The notes below the pieces were generated by a model that saw only the letters and a program-made list of their open reading frames with translations, did no database searches and was not told the origin of the DNA. A stretch of 33,292 nt of DNA from positions 1 to 33,292 of the forward strand of contig CALDIE010000165.1 in assembly GCA_937901625.1 (NCBI GenBank), in the 5' to 3' direction. Source of the stretch: an uncultured Lachnospiraceae bacterium. GTDB lineage: Bacteria; Bacillota; Clostridia; Lachnospirales; Lachnospiraceae. Position numbers and translations under genes: made by a program. Position 1 is the first letter of the stretch. Each line of letters begins with the position of its first letter. Positions 26,259 through 33,292 of this stretch are shown here, in pieces.

Positions 26259-27362
26259 ATGAAGATCGTACTTGAGCATCTGACAAAGCGATTTCCGAAC
26301 CGGGATAAAAAGAAGGAGGATGTGGTCGCGGTAAACGACTTTTCCTTTGAGATTCCGGACGGAAAACTGATCGGCCTGCTCGGACCTTCCGGATGCGGAA
26401 AGAGCACCACGCTTAACCTGATCTGCGGTCTGGAAAAACCCAGCGGCGGAAAGATCTTTTTTGGTGAAGAGGATGTGACAGAGCTTGCGCCGGAAGTAAG
26501 AGGCGTGGGAATGGTATTTCAAAATTATGCTCTTTACCCGCACCTGACCGTAAGGCAGAATATTATCTTTCCCTTACAGAACCTGAAGGGAGACGCCAGA
26601 CTGTCCAGAGAAGAGATGGAAGCGAAGGCGATGGAAGCGGCCGGGCTCGTACAGATCACGGAACTGATGGATCGCCGGCCGGGAGAGCTCTCGGGAGGTC
26701 AGCAACAGAGAGTGGCGATCGCCAGAGCCCTGGTAAAGATGCCGGGCGTTCTTTTGCTGGATGAGCCGCTTTCCAATCTGGATGCAAGACTGCGTCTTCA
26801 GACAAGAGAGGAGATCCGCAGGATCCAGACAAGTACGGGGATCACGACGATCTTTGTGACGCATGATCAGGAGGAGGCGATGAGTATCTCCGACAGTATC
26901 GTTGTGATGAAAGACGGAGTGATCCAGCAGATCGGAAAACCCCAGGAGGTATACGATCATCCGGTGAATCTGTTTGTAGCAAAATTCCTAGGGACGCCGC
27001 CGATCAACATCTTTGACGGAGTGGTAAAAGACGGTCATTTACGGATCGGGGAAGAAGATGTTCTGGATGTCAAAGGCATAAAGGATGGCGAAGTGATCAT
27101 CGGGATCCGTCCGGAGGGATTTATCCCGAAAGAGAACGGGCGCTTAACCTGTACCATGTCGGCTCTCGAAGTCATGGGAAGGGATAACAGTATCGTTTCG
27201 ACACATCCCCTTTGCCAAAATCCGGTGATCCGCTCGATCGTACAGGCGGATGATGTGACCGGGATCCGGGACGGAAAGGTATCCTTTGATCTGAAACCGC
27301 ATAAGGTATTCCTTTTTGACAAAGACAGCGGGGAAGTCCTTTCCTTTGAGAACGGGCGATGA
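26259..27362 (+). CDS. CUT1-type ABC transporter ATP-binding protein (MalK/UgpC-like)
   Basis: GPSGCGKST, FQNYALYPHL, LSGGQQQR, LLDEPLSNLD, VTHDQEEA, C-terminal TOBE-like region. ATG at 26259. Confidence 0.94.
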   Translation: MKIVLEHLTKRFPNRDKKKEDVVAVNDFSFEIPDGKLIGLLGPSGCGKSTTLNLICGLEKPSGGKIFFGEEDVTELAPEVRGVGMVFQNYALYPHLTVRQNIIFPLQNLKGDARLSREEMEAKAMEAAGLVQITELMDRRPGELSGGQQQRVAIARALVKMPGVLLLDEPLSNLDARLRLQTREEIRRIQTSTGITTIFVTHDQEEAMSISDSIVVMKDGVIQQIGKPQEVYDHPVNLFVAKFLGTPPINIFDGVVKDGHLRIGEEDVLDVKGIKDGEVIIGIRPEGFIPKENGRLTCTMSALEVMGRDNSIVSTHPLCQNPVIRSIVQADDVTGIRDGKVSFDLKPHKVFLFDKDSGEVLSFENGR

Positions 27363-27378
27363 CCGGAGGTGAGGTTAG

Positions 27379-28266
27379 ATGAAAAATCAATGGAAAGCGT
27401 GGCTCTACCTGTTGCCGTCCATCCTCTTTCTGGGGGTGTTTATGGTATATCCGCTGATCGATGTACTGATCTATTCCTTTGAACAGGGATATAATTTCTC
27501 TTCACAGACCTATTCCGGGATCGGGTGGTACAACTATGCTTATGTATTGCATGATCCCTATTTTGCGCAGGCTTTAAAGAATACCTTTATCATCGTGATC
27601 ATCACCGTTCCGATATCCACGACGCTCGCGCTTTTGATCTCTTTGGGTCTGAGTTCGATCAAGCCATTAAGAGACCTGTATCAGACGATCTATTTTCTGC
27701 CCTATGTGACCAATACGCTGGCAGTGGGACTGGTCTTTATGATCTTGTTTAAGAAAACCCCGTATTCCGACGGACTGATCAATCTGCTGATTAGAGCCTT
27801 CGGCGGAGCAAGCGTGGATTTTATTGACGGACCGTATCCGGCCAAGATGTTTGTGATGTGCTTTTATACGATCTGGGTGGTAATGCCGTTTAAAATTCTG
27901 ATCTTAACGAGCGCGCTGGCTTCCGTAAATCCGGATTATTACAAGGCGGCAAGAGTGGATGGGACTTCTTCCCGGAGGATTTTTACGAAGATCACTCTCC
28001 CGATGATAGCACCGATGATCTTCTATCTTGTCATCACCGGTTTTATCGGAGCCTTTAAGGCCTACAGCGATGAAGTGGCGCTGTTTGGAACCGATCTGAA
28101 CGCGGCCGGGATGAATACGATCGTGGGATATATATACGATATGCTCTACGGTGACAGCGGCGGATATCCGTCATACGCTTCCGCTGCGGCGCTGATCCTT
28201 TTTGCCATTGTCTTTACCATTACCTGCGTCAACCTGATGCTGAGTAAGAACAGCGAATTGTTTTAA
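27379..28266 (+). CDS. CUT1-type ABC transporter permease (UgpA/MalF-like)
   Basis: Six TMs, FLPYVT, EAA-like loop YYKAARVDG, ITLP. GGAGGTG RBS. Confidence 0.92.
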   Translation: MKNQWKAWLYLLPSILFLGVFMVYPLIDVLIYSFEQGYNFSSQTYSGIGWYNYAYVLHDPYFAQALKNTFIIVIITVPISTTLALLISLGLSSIKPLRDLYQTIYFLPYVTNTLAVGLVFMILFKKTPYSDGLINLLIRAFGGASVDFIDGPYPAKMFVMCFYTIWVVMPFKILILTSALASVNPDYYKAARVDGTSSRRIFTKITLPMIAPMIFYLVITGFIGAFKAYSDEVALFGTDLNAAGMNTIVGYIYDMLYGDSGGYPSYASAAALILFAIVFTITCVNLMLSKNSELF

Positions 28267-28283
28267 GAGAGGATGATCAGAAC

Positions 28284-29162
28284 ATGGACGAAGTGAAAGC
28301 CGATTACAGTCGTATTCCCCGTAAAACAAAGTTCCGAAACGGCGTAAAGAAAAGCCTGCTGTATCTCGGGCTTACCTTTTGGGCGGTTCTGGTCCTGTTT
28401 CCTTTTTACTGGATGATACTGACTTCCGTTAAGAGTTACAGTTCTTATAATTCGGAGTATGTACCCCGTTTTATCGCGACCAACCCTACGATACAGAATT
28501 ATATCGACGCATTTACGGCGGTGTCGCTCGGCCGGTATTTTTTCAATACGCTTATATTTACCGTGGTTACGACAGTCCTTATGATGGCAGTTATCATTCC
28601 GGCGGCCTTTGCCTTCGCGAGGATGGAGTTTAAAGGGAAAAATATCCTTTTTGTGATGTTTCTTTCCCTGATGATGATACCCGGCGAGCTGGTAGTCATC
28701 ACCAACTATGTGACCATCACCGCCTGGGGTATGCGTAACAGTTTTCCCGGACTGATCCTGCCTTCCGTGACCTCTGTTTTTTACATTTATCTGTTGAAGG
28801 AGAATTTTGAACAGATTCCGGAAGAACTCTACAAAGCGGCAAAAGTAGATGGAACATCGGACTTTAAATACCTGGTCAGGGTGATGATCCCCATTTCTCA
28901 GCCGACGATCGTAACGATCGTGATCTTAAAGGTAATCGAGTGCTGGAACTCTTATGTGTGGCCGCGCCTGATCACGGACGATGCTTCGTATTTTCTGGTC
29001 TCCAACGGGATTCAGGAGATACGCGAGAACGGCTTCGGAAGGGAGAATATCCCGGCCATGATGGCAGCGGTGGTGGTGATCTCTCTGCCTCTGATCATCC
29101 TGTTTCTGATCTTTAGAAAAAAGATCATGGCAGGGGTATCGAGAGGAGGTACCAAGGGATGA
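28284..29162 (+). CDS. CUT1-type ABC transporter permease (UgpE/MalG-like)
   Basis: FPFYWMILTS, MMIPGE, IPEELYKAAKVDG, WNSYVWP. Confidence 0.92.
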   Translation: MDEVKADYSRIPRKTKFRNGVKKSLLYLGLTFWAVLVLFPFYWMILTSVKSYSSYNSEYVPRFIATNPTIQNYIDAFTAVSLGRYFFNTLIFTVVTTVLMMAVIIPAAFAFARMEFKGKNILFVMFLSLMMIPGELVVITNYVTITAWGMRNSFPGLILPSVTSVFYIYLLKENFEQIPEELYKAAKVDGTSDFKYLVRVMIPISQPTIVTIVILKVIECWNSYVWPRLITDDASYFLVSNGIQEIRENGFGRENIPAMMAAVVVISLPLIILFLIFRKKIMAGVSRGGTKG

Positions 29163-30829
29163 GTTTTTTGGGTAAGGAGGAGAAGACCGCAAAGAAAGAG
29201 ACCGCGATAAAGGAGACTGTGAAGATAAAAAACGGTAAGGATCGTGCCCGTAAGAAGCGGATCGGAGCACTGGGGGTATTTTTATTGTCGGCAGCTTTTC
29301 TTTTAAGTGGCTGTCACGGGAGCCGGGCAAGGAAGGAATTTGAAATACCGGAATCCTTTGATACGTCGAGACAGTACGAGATCACTTTTTGGGCAAAGAA
29401 TGATACCAATAAAGCGCAGACAAATATTTATGAAAACGCGATAGCTTCTTTTGAAGAGATTTATCCGAATATCAAAGTAAATATGCGTCTGTATACAGAC
29501 TACGGAAAGATCTATAACGATGTCATCACCAATATCTCGACCGATACCGCACCGAATGTATGTATCACCTACCCGGATCATATCGCGACCTATCTGACGG
29601 GCGACGGAGTGGTGGTTGCATTGGATAAGCTTTTTGAGGATCCCCGCTATGGTTTTGGCGGAAGTGAACTGCGCTATGACGGACCTCAAAGAGAAGAGAT
29701 GGTGGATGCTTTTTTGGAGGAGTGTGTGATCGGAGATGCCCACTACGCCATTCCCTATATGCGCTCGACCGAGGCCTGCTATGTCAATAAGACCTATGTG
29801 GAAGCACTTGGGTACGAACTCCCGGAAGTATTGACGTGGGATTATGTATGGGAGGTTTCCGAAGCAGCCATGGCGAAAGATGCGGAGGGAAACTTTATGC
29901 TCAACGGACAGAAAGTGATGATCCCTTTTATCTATAAGTCAACGGATAATATGATGATCCAGATGCTAAGACAGCAGGATGCGGGATACTCAACGGAAGA
30001 AGGGACGATCGAGATCTTTAATGATACGACAAAGGAGATCCTTTATACGGTTGCGGAACATGCGGGGACGGGAGCCTTTTCCACATTTAAGATTTCCAGC
30101 TATCCGGCCAATTTCCTGAATGCGGGGCAGTGCATCTTTGCAGTGGATTCCACCGCAGGTGCGACATGGATGGGAAGCGACGCACCTTTGTCGGATATCA
30201 GTGAAGATAAGTTCGTAGACTTTGAAACCGCAGTAAAAACAGTTCCGCAGTTTGATACGGAACATCTACAGATGATCTCGCAGGGACCGAGTGTCTGTAT
30301 CTTTAACAAGCAGGACCCGCAGGAGGTGCTGGCGTCCTGGCTGTTTGCGCAGTATCTTTTAACCAATGATGTGCAGGTGGCATACGCGGAGACGGAAGGG
30401 TATGTGCCGGTGACAAAAAAGGCCATGGAGAGTGCGGCGTATGTGGATTATCTTGACCGTATCGGAGAAGATGACAATGCGCATTATGAGGTCAAGATCC
30501 TGGCGTCAGAGCTTCTTACGGAACATGTGGATGATACCTTTGTGACACCCGTTTTTAACGGATCGACATCCCTTCGGGACGCGGCCGGACAGATGATCGA
30601 GTCGGTGACAAAGTCGGTCAGACGAAAAGAGACAGTGGACGATGCCTATATAGACGCTTTGTACGATAAGATGAATTCCCTGTACAGACTGGATCAGACC
30701 GGTCAGGCCGGGCAAAAGGATTTCGGGAAAATGCCGACAGCCTCCGTGATCCTGCTGGTTTTTCTGGCTGTTGCATGGGTGGCTCTTGCGCTCCTGTGGA
30801 TAAGGGACCGCAAAAAAGAAAAACATTGA
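29159..30829 (+). CDS. Extracellular solute-binding lipoprotein with an additional C-terminal TM anchor
   Basis: Lipobox LLSGC, ITFW, F...YPNIKV, YPDH, P..RSTE, QGPS, GYVPV, and a C-terminal hydrophobic helix with a basic tail. Confidence 0.88.
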   Translation: MSFLGKEEKTAKKETAIKETVKIKNGKDRARKKRIGALGVFLLSAAFLLSGCHGSRARKEFEIPESFDTSRQYEITFWAKNDTNKAQTNIYENAIASFEEIYPNIKVNMRLYTDYGKIYNDVITNISTDTAPNVCITYPDHIATYLTGDGVVVALDKLFEDPRYGFGGSELRYDGPQREEMVDAFLEECVIGDAHYAIPYMRSTEACYVNKTYVEALGYELPEVLTWDYVWEVSEAAMAKDAEGNFMLNGQKVMIPFIYKSTDNMMIQMLRQQDAGYSTEEGTIEIFNDTTKEILYTVAEHAGTGAFSTFKISSYPANFLNAGQCIFAVDSTAGATWMGSDAPLSDISEDKFVDFETAVKTVPQFDTEHLQMISQGPSVCIFNKQDPQEVLASWLFAQYLLTNDVQVAYAETEGYVPVTKKAMESAAYVDYLDRIGEDDNAHYEVKILASELLTEHVDDTFVTPVFNGSTSLRDAAGQMIESVTKSVRRKETVDDAYIDALYDKMNSLYRLDQTGQAGQKDFGKMPTASVILLVFLAVAWVALALLWIRDRKKEKH

Positions 30830-30832
30830 TTC

Positions 30833-30860
30833 TTGCGTTTTAAAGAAAACATGTTATGAT
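30833..30860 (+). promoter_or_regulatory. Putative sigma-A promoter for the lipoprotein gene
   Basis: TTGCGT-16 nt-TATGAT with extended -10 TG; AGGAGG RBS at 30895-30900. Confidence 0.5.
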
Positions 30861-30909
30861 TTCCCTATCGATCAAGAATCGAGGTATATTCACAAGGAGG
30901 AACATAATT

Positions 30910-31698
30910 ATGAAAAAAGCAATGAATCTGGTAATGACACTTGGGCTTGCGCTCGCGGTAACGGCCTGCGGGAATAATGCGCAGACGATGGAAACTACCG
31001 GAACAACACAGCAGGAGGCGGCAGCAGCGGAAGATACCACGGCAAAGTCCGAAGGCGTTATGACCTATGCGGAGTATAACGCTGCGGAACTTGATACGGA
31101 GGTGGTAGTGGAAACCTACATCCAGGCGAAGCAGGGATGGTGGGAGAATGAAGGTGTTGGCGTTGCAACCTTCTATACGCAGGACGGTGACGGCGCATAC
31201 TTCCTTTACAATATGCCCTGCTCTCAGGAGGAATACGAGAGCTTAAGCGTTGGTACGAAGATCCGTGTCACCGGTTATAAGTCTGAGTGGGCAGGTGAAG
31301 TTGAGATTATAGATGCAAGCTTTGAGATCGAGGATGGTACATATGTGGCAGAGCCTGTCGACTTAAGCGAAGAGCTCTCCTCCGAAGATCTGATCCTTCA
31401 TCAGAATATATATTTCACCGCAAGCGGTCTGACGGTTGAACCCAGCATCGACGCAGACGGCAATGAAGTACCTTTTTTGTACAACTGGGACGGATCCGGT
31501 ACGCAGGGAAGCGATCTGTACTTTAATGTGTCTAAAGACGGACAGACCTATACCTTTACCGTGGAGTCCTATCTGACCGGCGCGGATACCGATGTGTACA
31601 AGACAGTGGAGAGTCTGGCACTCGGACAGGAAATCTCCGTAAAGGGATTTATGTACTGGTATGAGGGAATGAATCCCCACATCGTCAGTGTACAGTAA
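30910..31698 (+). CDS. Lipoprotein with two predicted OB-fold domains (YhcR OB-fold-like)
   Basis: Lipobox VTAC and a Thr/Ala/Glu linker, then FYTQDGDGAYFLY...LSVGTKIRVTGYKSEWAGEVEI and a second L.LGQEISVKGFMYWY. Confidence 0.7.
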   Translation: MKKAMNLVMTLGLALAVTACGNNAQTMETTGTTQQEAAAAEDTTAKSEGVMTYAEYNAAELDTEVVVETYIQAKQGWWENEGVGVATFYTQDGDGAYFLYNMPCSQEEYESLSVGTKIRVTGYKSEWAGEVEIIDASFEIEDGTYVAEPVDLSEELSSEDLILHQNIYFTASGLTVEPSIDADGNEVPFLYNWDGSGTQGSDLYFNVSKDGQTYTFTVESYLTGADTDVYKTVESLALGQEISVKGFMYWYEGMNPHIVSVQ

Positions 31699-31748
31699 AG
31701 AAGATCATGGCGTTTATCAAAAAAGAATCAGAGGCCGAATAAAAACAG

Positions 31749-31788
31749 ACAGCCAGTAACGAATGAATCAAAGGACGTTACTGGCTGT
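31749..31788 (+). terminator. 13-bp perfect inverted repeat, probable terminator or processing hairpin
   Basis: ACAGCCAGTAACG-14 nt-CGTTACTGGCTGT; the loop is large and the U-tract is weak. Confidence 0.55.
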
Positions 31789-31847
31789 TAATCATTTGAG
31801 TGTCAAAAAGACTGGAAGTTAAGAATACATAAACTGTGGCTGTCGGA

Positions 31848-31877
31848 TTGAAAAAAACGGCTTTTTTATGGTATCCT
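31848..31877 (+). promoter_or_regulatory. Possible promoter for the AlbA_2/HATPase gene
   Basis: TTGAAA-18 nt-TATCCT with extended -10 TG; GGAGG RBS before ATG 31930. Confidence 0.4.
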
Positions 31878-31929
31878 ATATATTGGTTTATTTTGTAATA
31901 AATCAGAAAGATGTATTGGAGGCTATGTA

Positions 31930-33266
31930 ATGAAGTTTGACTTGGATTTAAAAAAAATTGTCCTTGATCTTGCTGAACGGGATCAGGAGGAAGAGTGGTT
32001 TGAATTCAAGATGAATATTCTAAAGCCTGACGATATCGGTGGATATATTTCCGCTATTTCTAATTCGGCGGCACTTGAGGGACAACCATATGGCTATGTT
32101 ATCTGGGGAATCCATAACAAGACACACGAGATATTGGGAACCAATTTTAATTATAATGCCGATGTCGACAATAAAAGCAGTGAGCCGTTAAAACATTATC
32201 TTGCACGGCAGATGTCATATGATATAGGGTTTGATTTTAATGAAATATCAATAGATGGAAAAAGAATTATAGTTCTTGTAGTGCCGACAGCATATAAGGC
32301 ACCACTTGCTTTTCAGGAGATAAGATTTATTCGCATTGGATCGAGCAAAGAACGTTTATCCAAATATCCTGAGCGTGAATCCCAGTTGTTTTTTGCTCTT
32401 AGAAATGGGTATCCGTCCATTTCTAACACGGAATCACAATATCAGGATCTTACCTTTGATAAACTATTTGTTTACTATGAATCAAAAGGAGTGAAACTTA
32501 ACAGGCGTACATTTAAAAAGAACCTTGGTTTGCTTACAGAGAATGGAAAATATAACATTCTGGCACAGTTGTTGTCAGATGATTGTCGTATTCATATTGG
32601 TTTTACCTTGTTTGCAGGTGACACTAAGACGTCCACTATGTATTCAACAAAAGAATTTGGTTATACTTGCATTTTGTATGCCCTGGATAAGGTTCTTGAG
32701 TATGGAGAGGTTCTGAATATTCCACAGGCAGATGAGAGAAACCGGGTAGTTGAACGAAAAGAAATAATGCTGTTTAATTCGGATGCTTATAGAGAAACGG
32801 TTATAAATGCGTTTGTTCACAATCAATGGGTTGATGGTAATGCTCCGATGTTTACCGGATTCAGAAACCGGCTGGAGATTCTTTCAAGAGGGAAACTTCC
32901 TCCAAAGCAGACATTGGAGGGTTTCTTTGCAGGTGAGTCAGTACCCGTGAATCCGGATTTGTCAAAAATCTTTATCCAGCTTCATATTACAGAACATACA
33001 GGCAGAGGTGTTCCAAGGATTGTTGAGGAATATGGTAAAGAGTGTGTGGATTTCAGAGAAAACAGTATTACCGTAACAATACCTTATGAAAGACTTGATA
33101 ATAATAGTAATGCACCAGTTGATGCACCAGTTGATGCACCAGTCGATGCACCAGTCGATGCACCAGTCGATGCACCAGTAAATAAAAGCAACAGTGGTGA
33201 TAGTATCGAGGATAGAATCCTAAGTTTTTGTGTAGAAGCTAAGGGAATCCTGGAAATCGCTGATAT
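31930..33266 (+). CDS. Schlafen/AlbA_2 domain + HATPase_c_4 (RecG C-terminal-like) protein, 3'-truncated at the start of the HTH
   Basis: EEEWFEFK, ISAISNS..G..GYVIWGI, IRIGSS (AlbA_2); RETVINAFVH, RLEILS.G, NP.L..IF.QL...E.TGRGVPRI (HATPase_c_4). The apparent end DRKSVV* is adapter. Confidence 0.85.
33109..33180 (+). repeat. 12-bp tandem repeat x6 encoding (N/D)APV
   Basis: AATGCACCAGTT, GATGCACCAGTT, GATGCACCAGTC x3, GATGCACCAGTA. Confidence 0.95.
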
Positions 33267-33292
33267 AGATCGGAAGAGCGTCGTGTAGGGAA
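33267..33292 (+). other. Illumina TruSeq adapter read-through (artefact)
   Basis: AGATCGGAAGAGCGTCGTGTAGGGAA matches the TruSeq adapter start. Confidence 0.97.

Noticed and set aside
19183..26410. Long antisense ORFs (19183-19974, 23165-23854, 25775-26410)
   Set aside because: They are shadows of well-conserved + strand genes, with no recognisable motifs or convincing RBS.
1760..31698. High frequency of GATC/ATC motifs
   Set aside because: Explained by the strong preference for ATC (Ile) and GAT (Asp) codons; not quantified.
33109..33180. CRISPR or iteron array
   Set aside because: It is an in-frame 12-bp coding tandem repeat without spacers, and there is no rep gene.
1..33292. tRNA, rRNA, transposase, integrase or invertible promoter
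   Set aside because: None was recognised; there is no recombinase and no inverted repeats flanking the promoters.

Overview
This is a 33.3 kb bacterial contig, most likely from a gut or rumen Lachnospiraceae-type Firmicute assembled from a metagenome (taxonomy inferred from gene content and style). Both ends look artefactual. Bases 1-488 resemble a Bacteroidales/Prevotella-type 2-oxoacid:ferredoxin oxidoreductase beta subunit fragment joined in frame, through a 22-nt stretch encoding INKAKKA, to an unrelated pilin-like C-terminal domain. The last 26 bases are Illumina adapter. The core (1760-21866) is an approximately 20 kb surface-glycan locus: fcl, two DUF6077/GT-C-like membrane proteins, a priming sugar-phosphate transferase, a Wzc-like protein lacking the kinase core, an EpsG/Wzy-like polymerase, four GT2, three GT4, an orphan GT-A enzyme, a sialyltransferase-like GT, a PglK/Wzk-like ABC flippase in place of Wzx, and an MBOAT plus DHHW O-acylation pair. 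It is followed by citrate synthase, trkA-trkH, a CUT1-type ABC importer with a doubly anchored binding protein, a tandem OB-fold lipoprotein, and an AT-rich Schlafen/AlbA_2-HATPase gene. The best candidates for an undescribed system are the hybrid ABC-flippase/Wzy/GT-C glycosylation locus next to a pilin-like gene and the ABC importer plus OB-fold lipoprotein. All family assignments come from motif recognition by eye; no searches were run.
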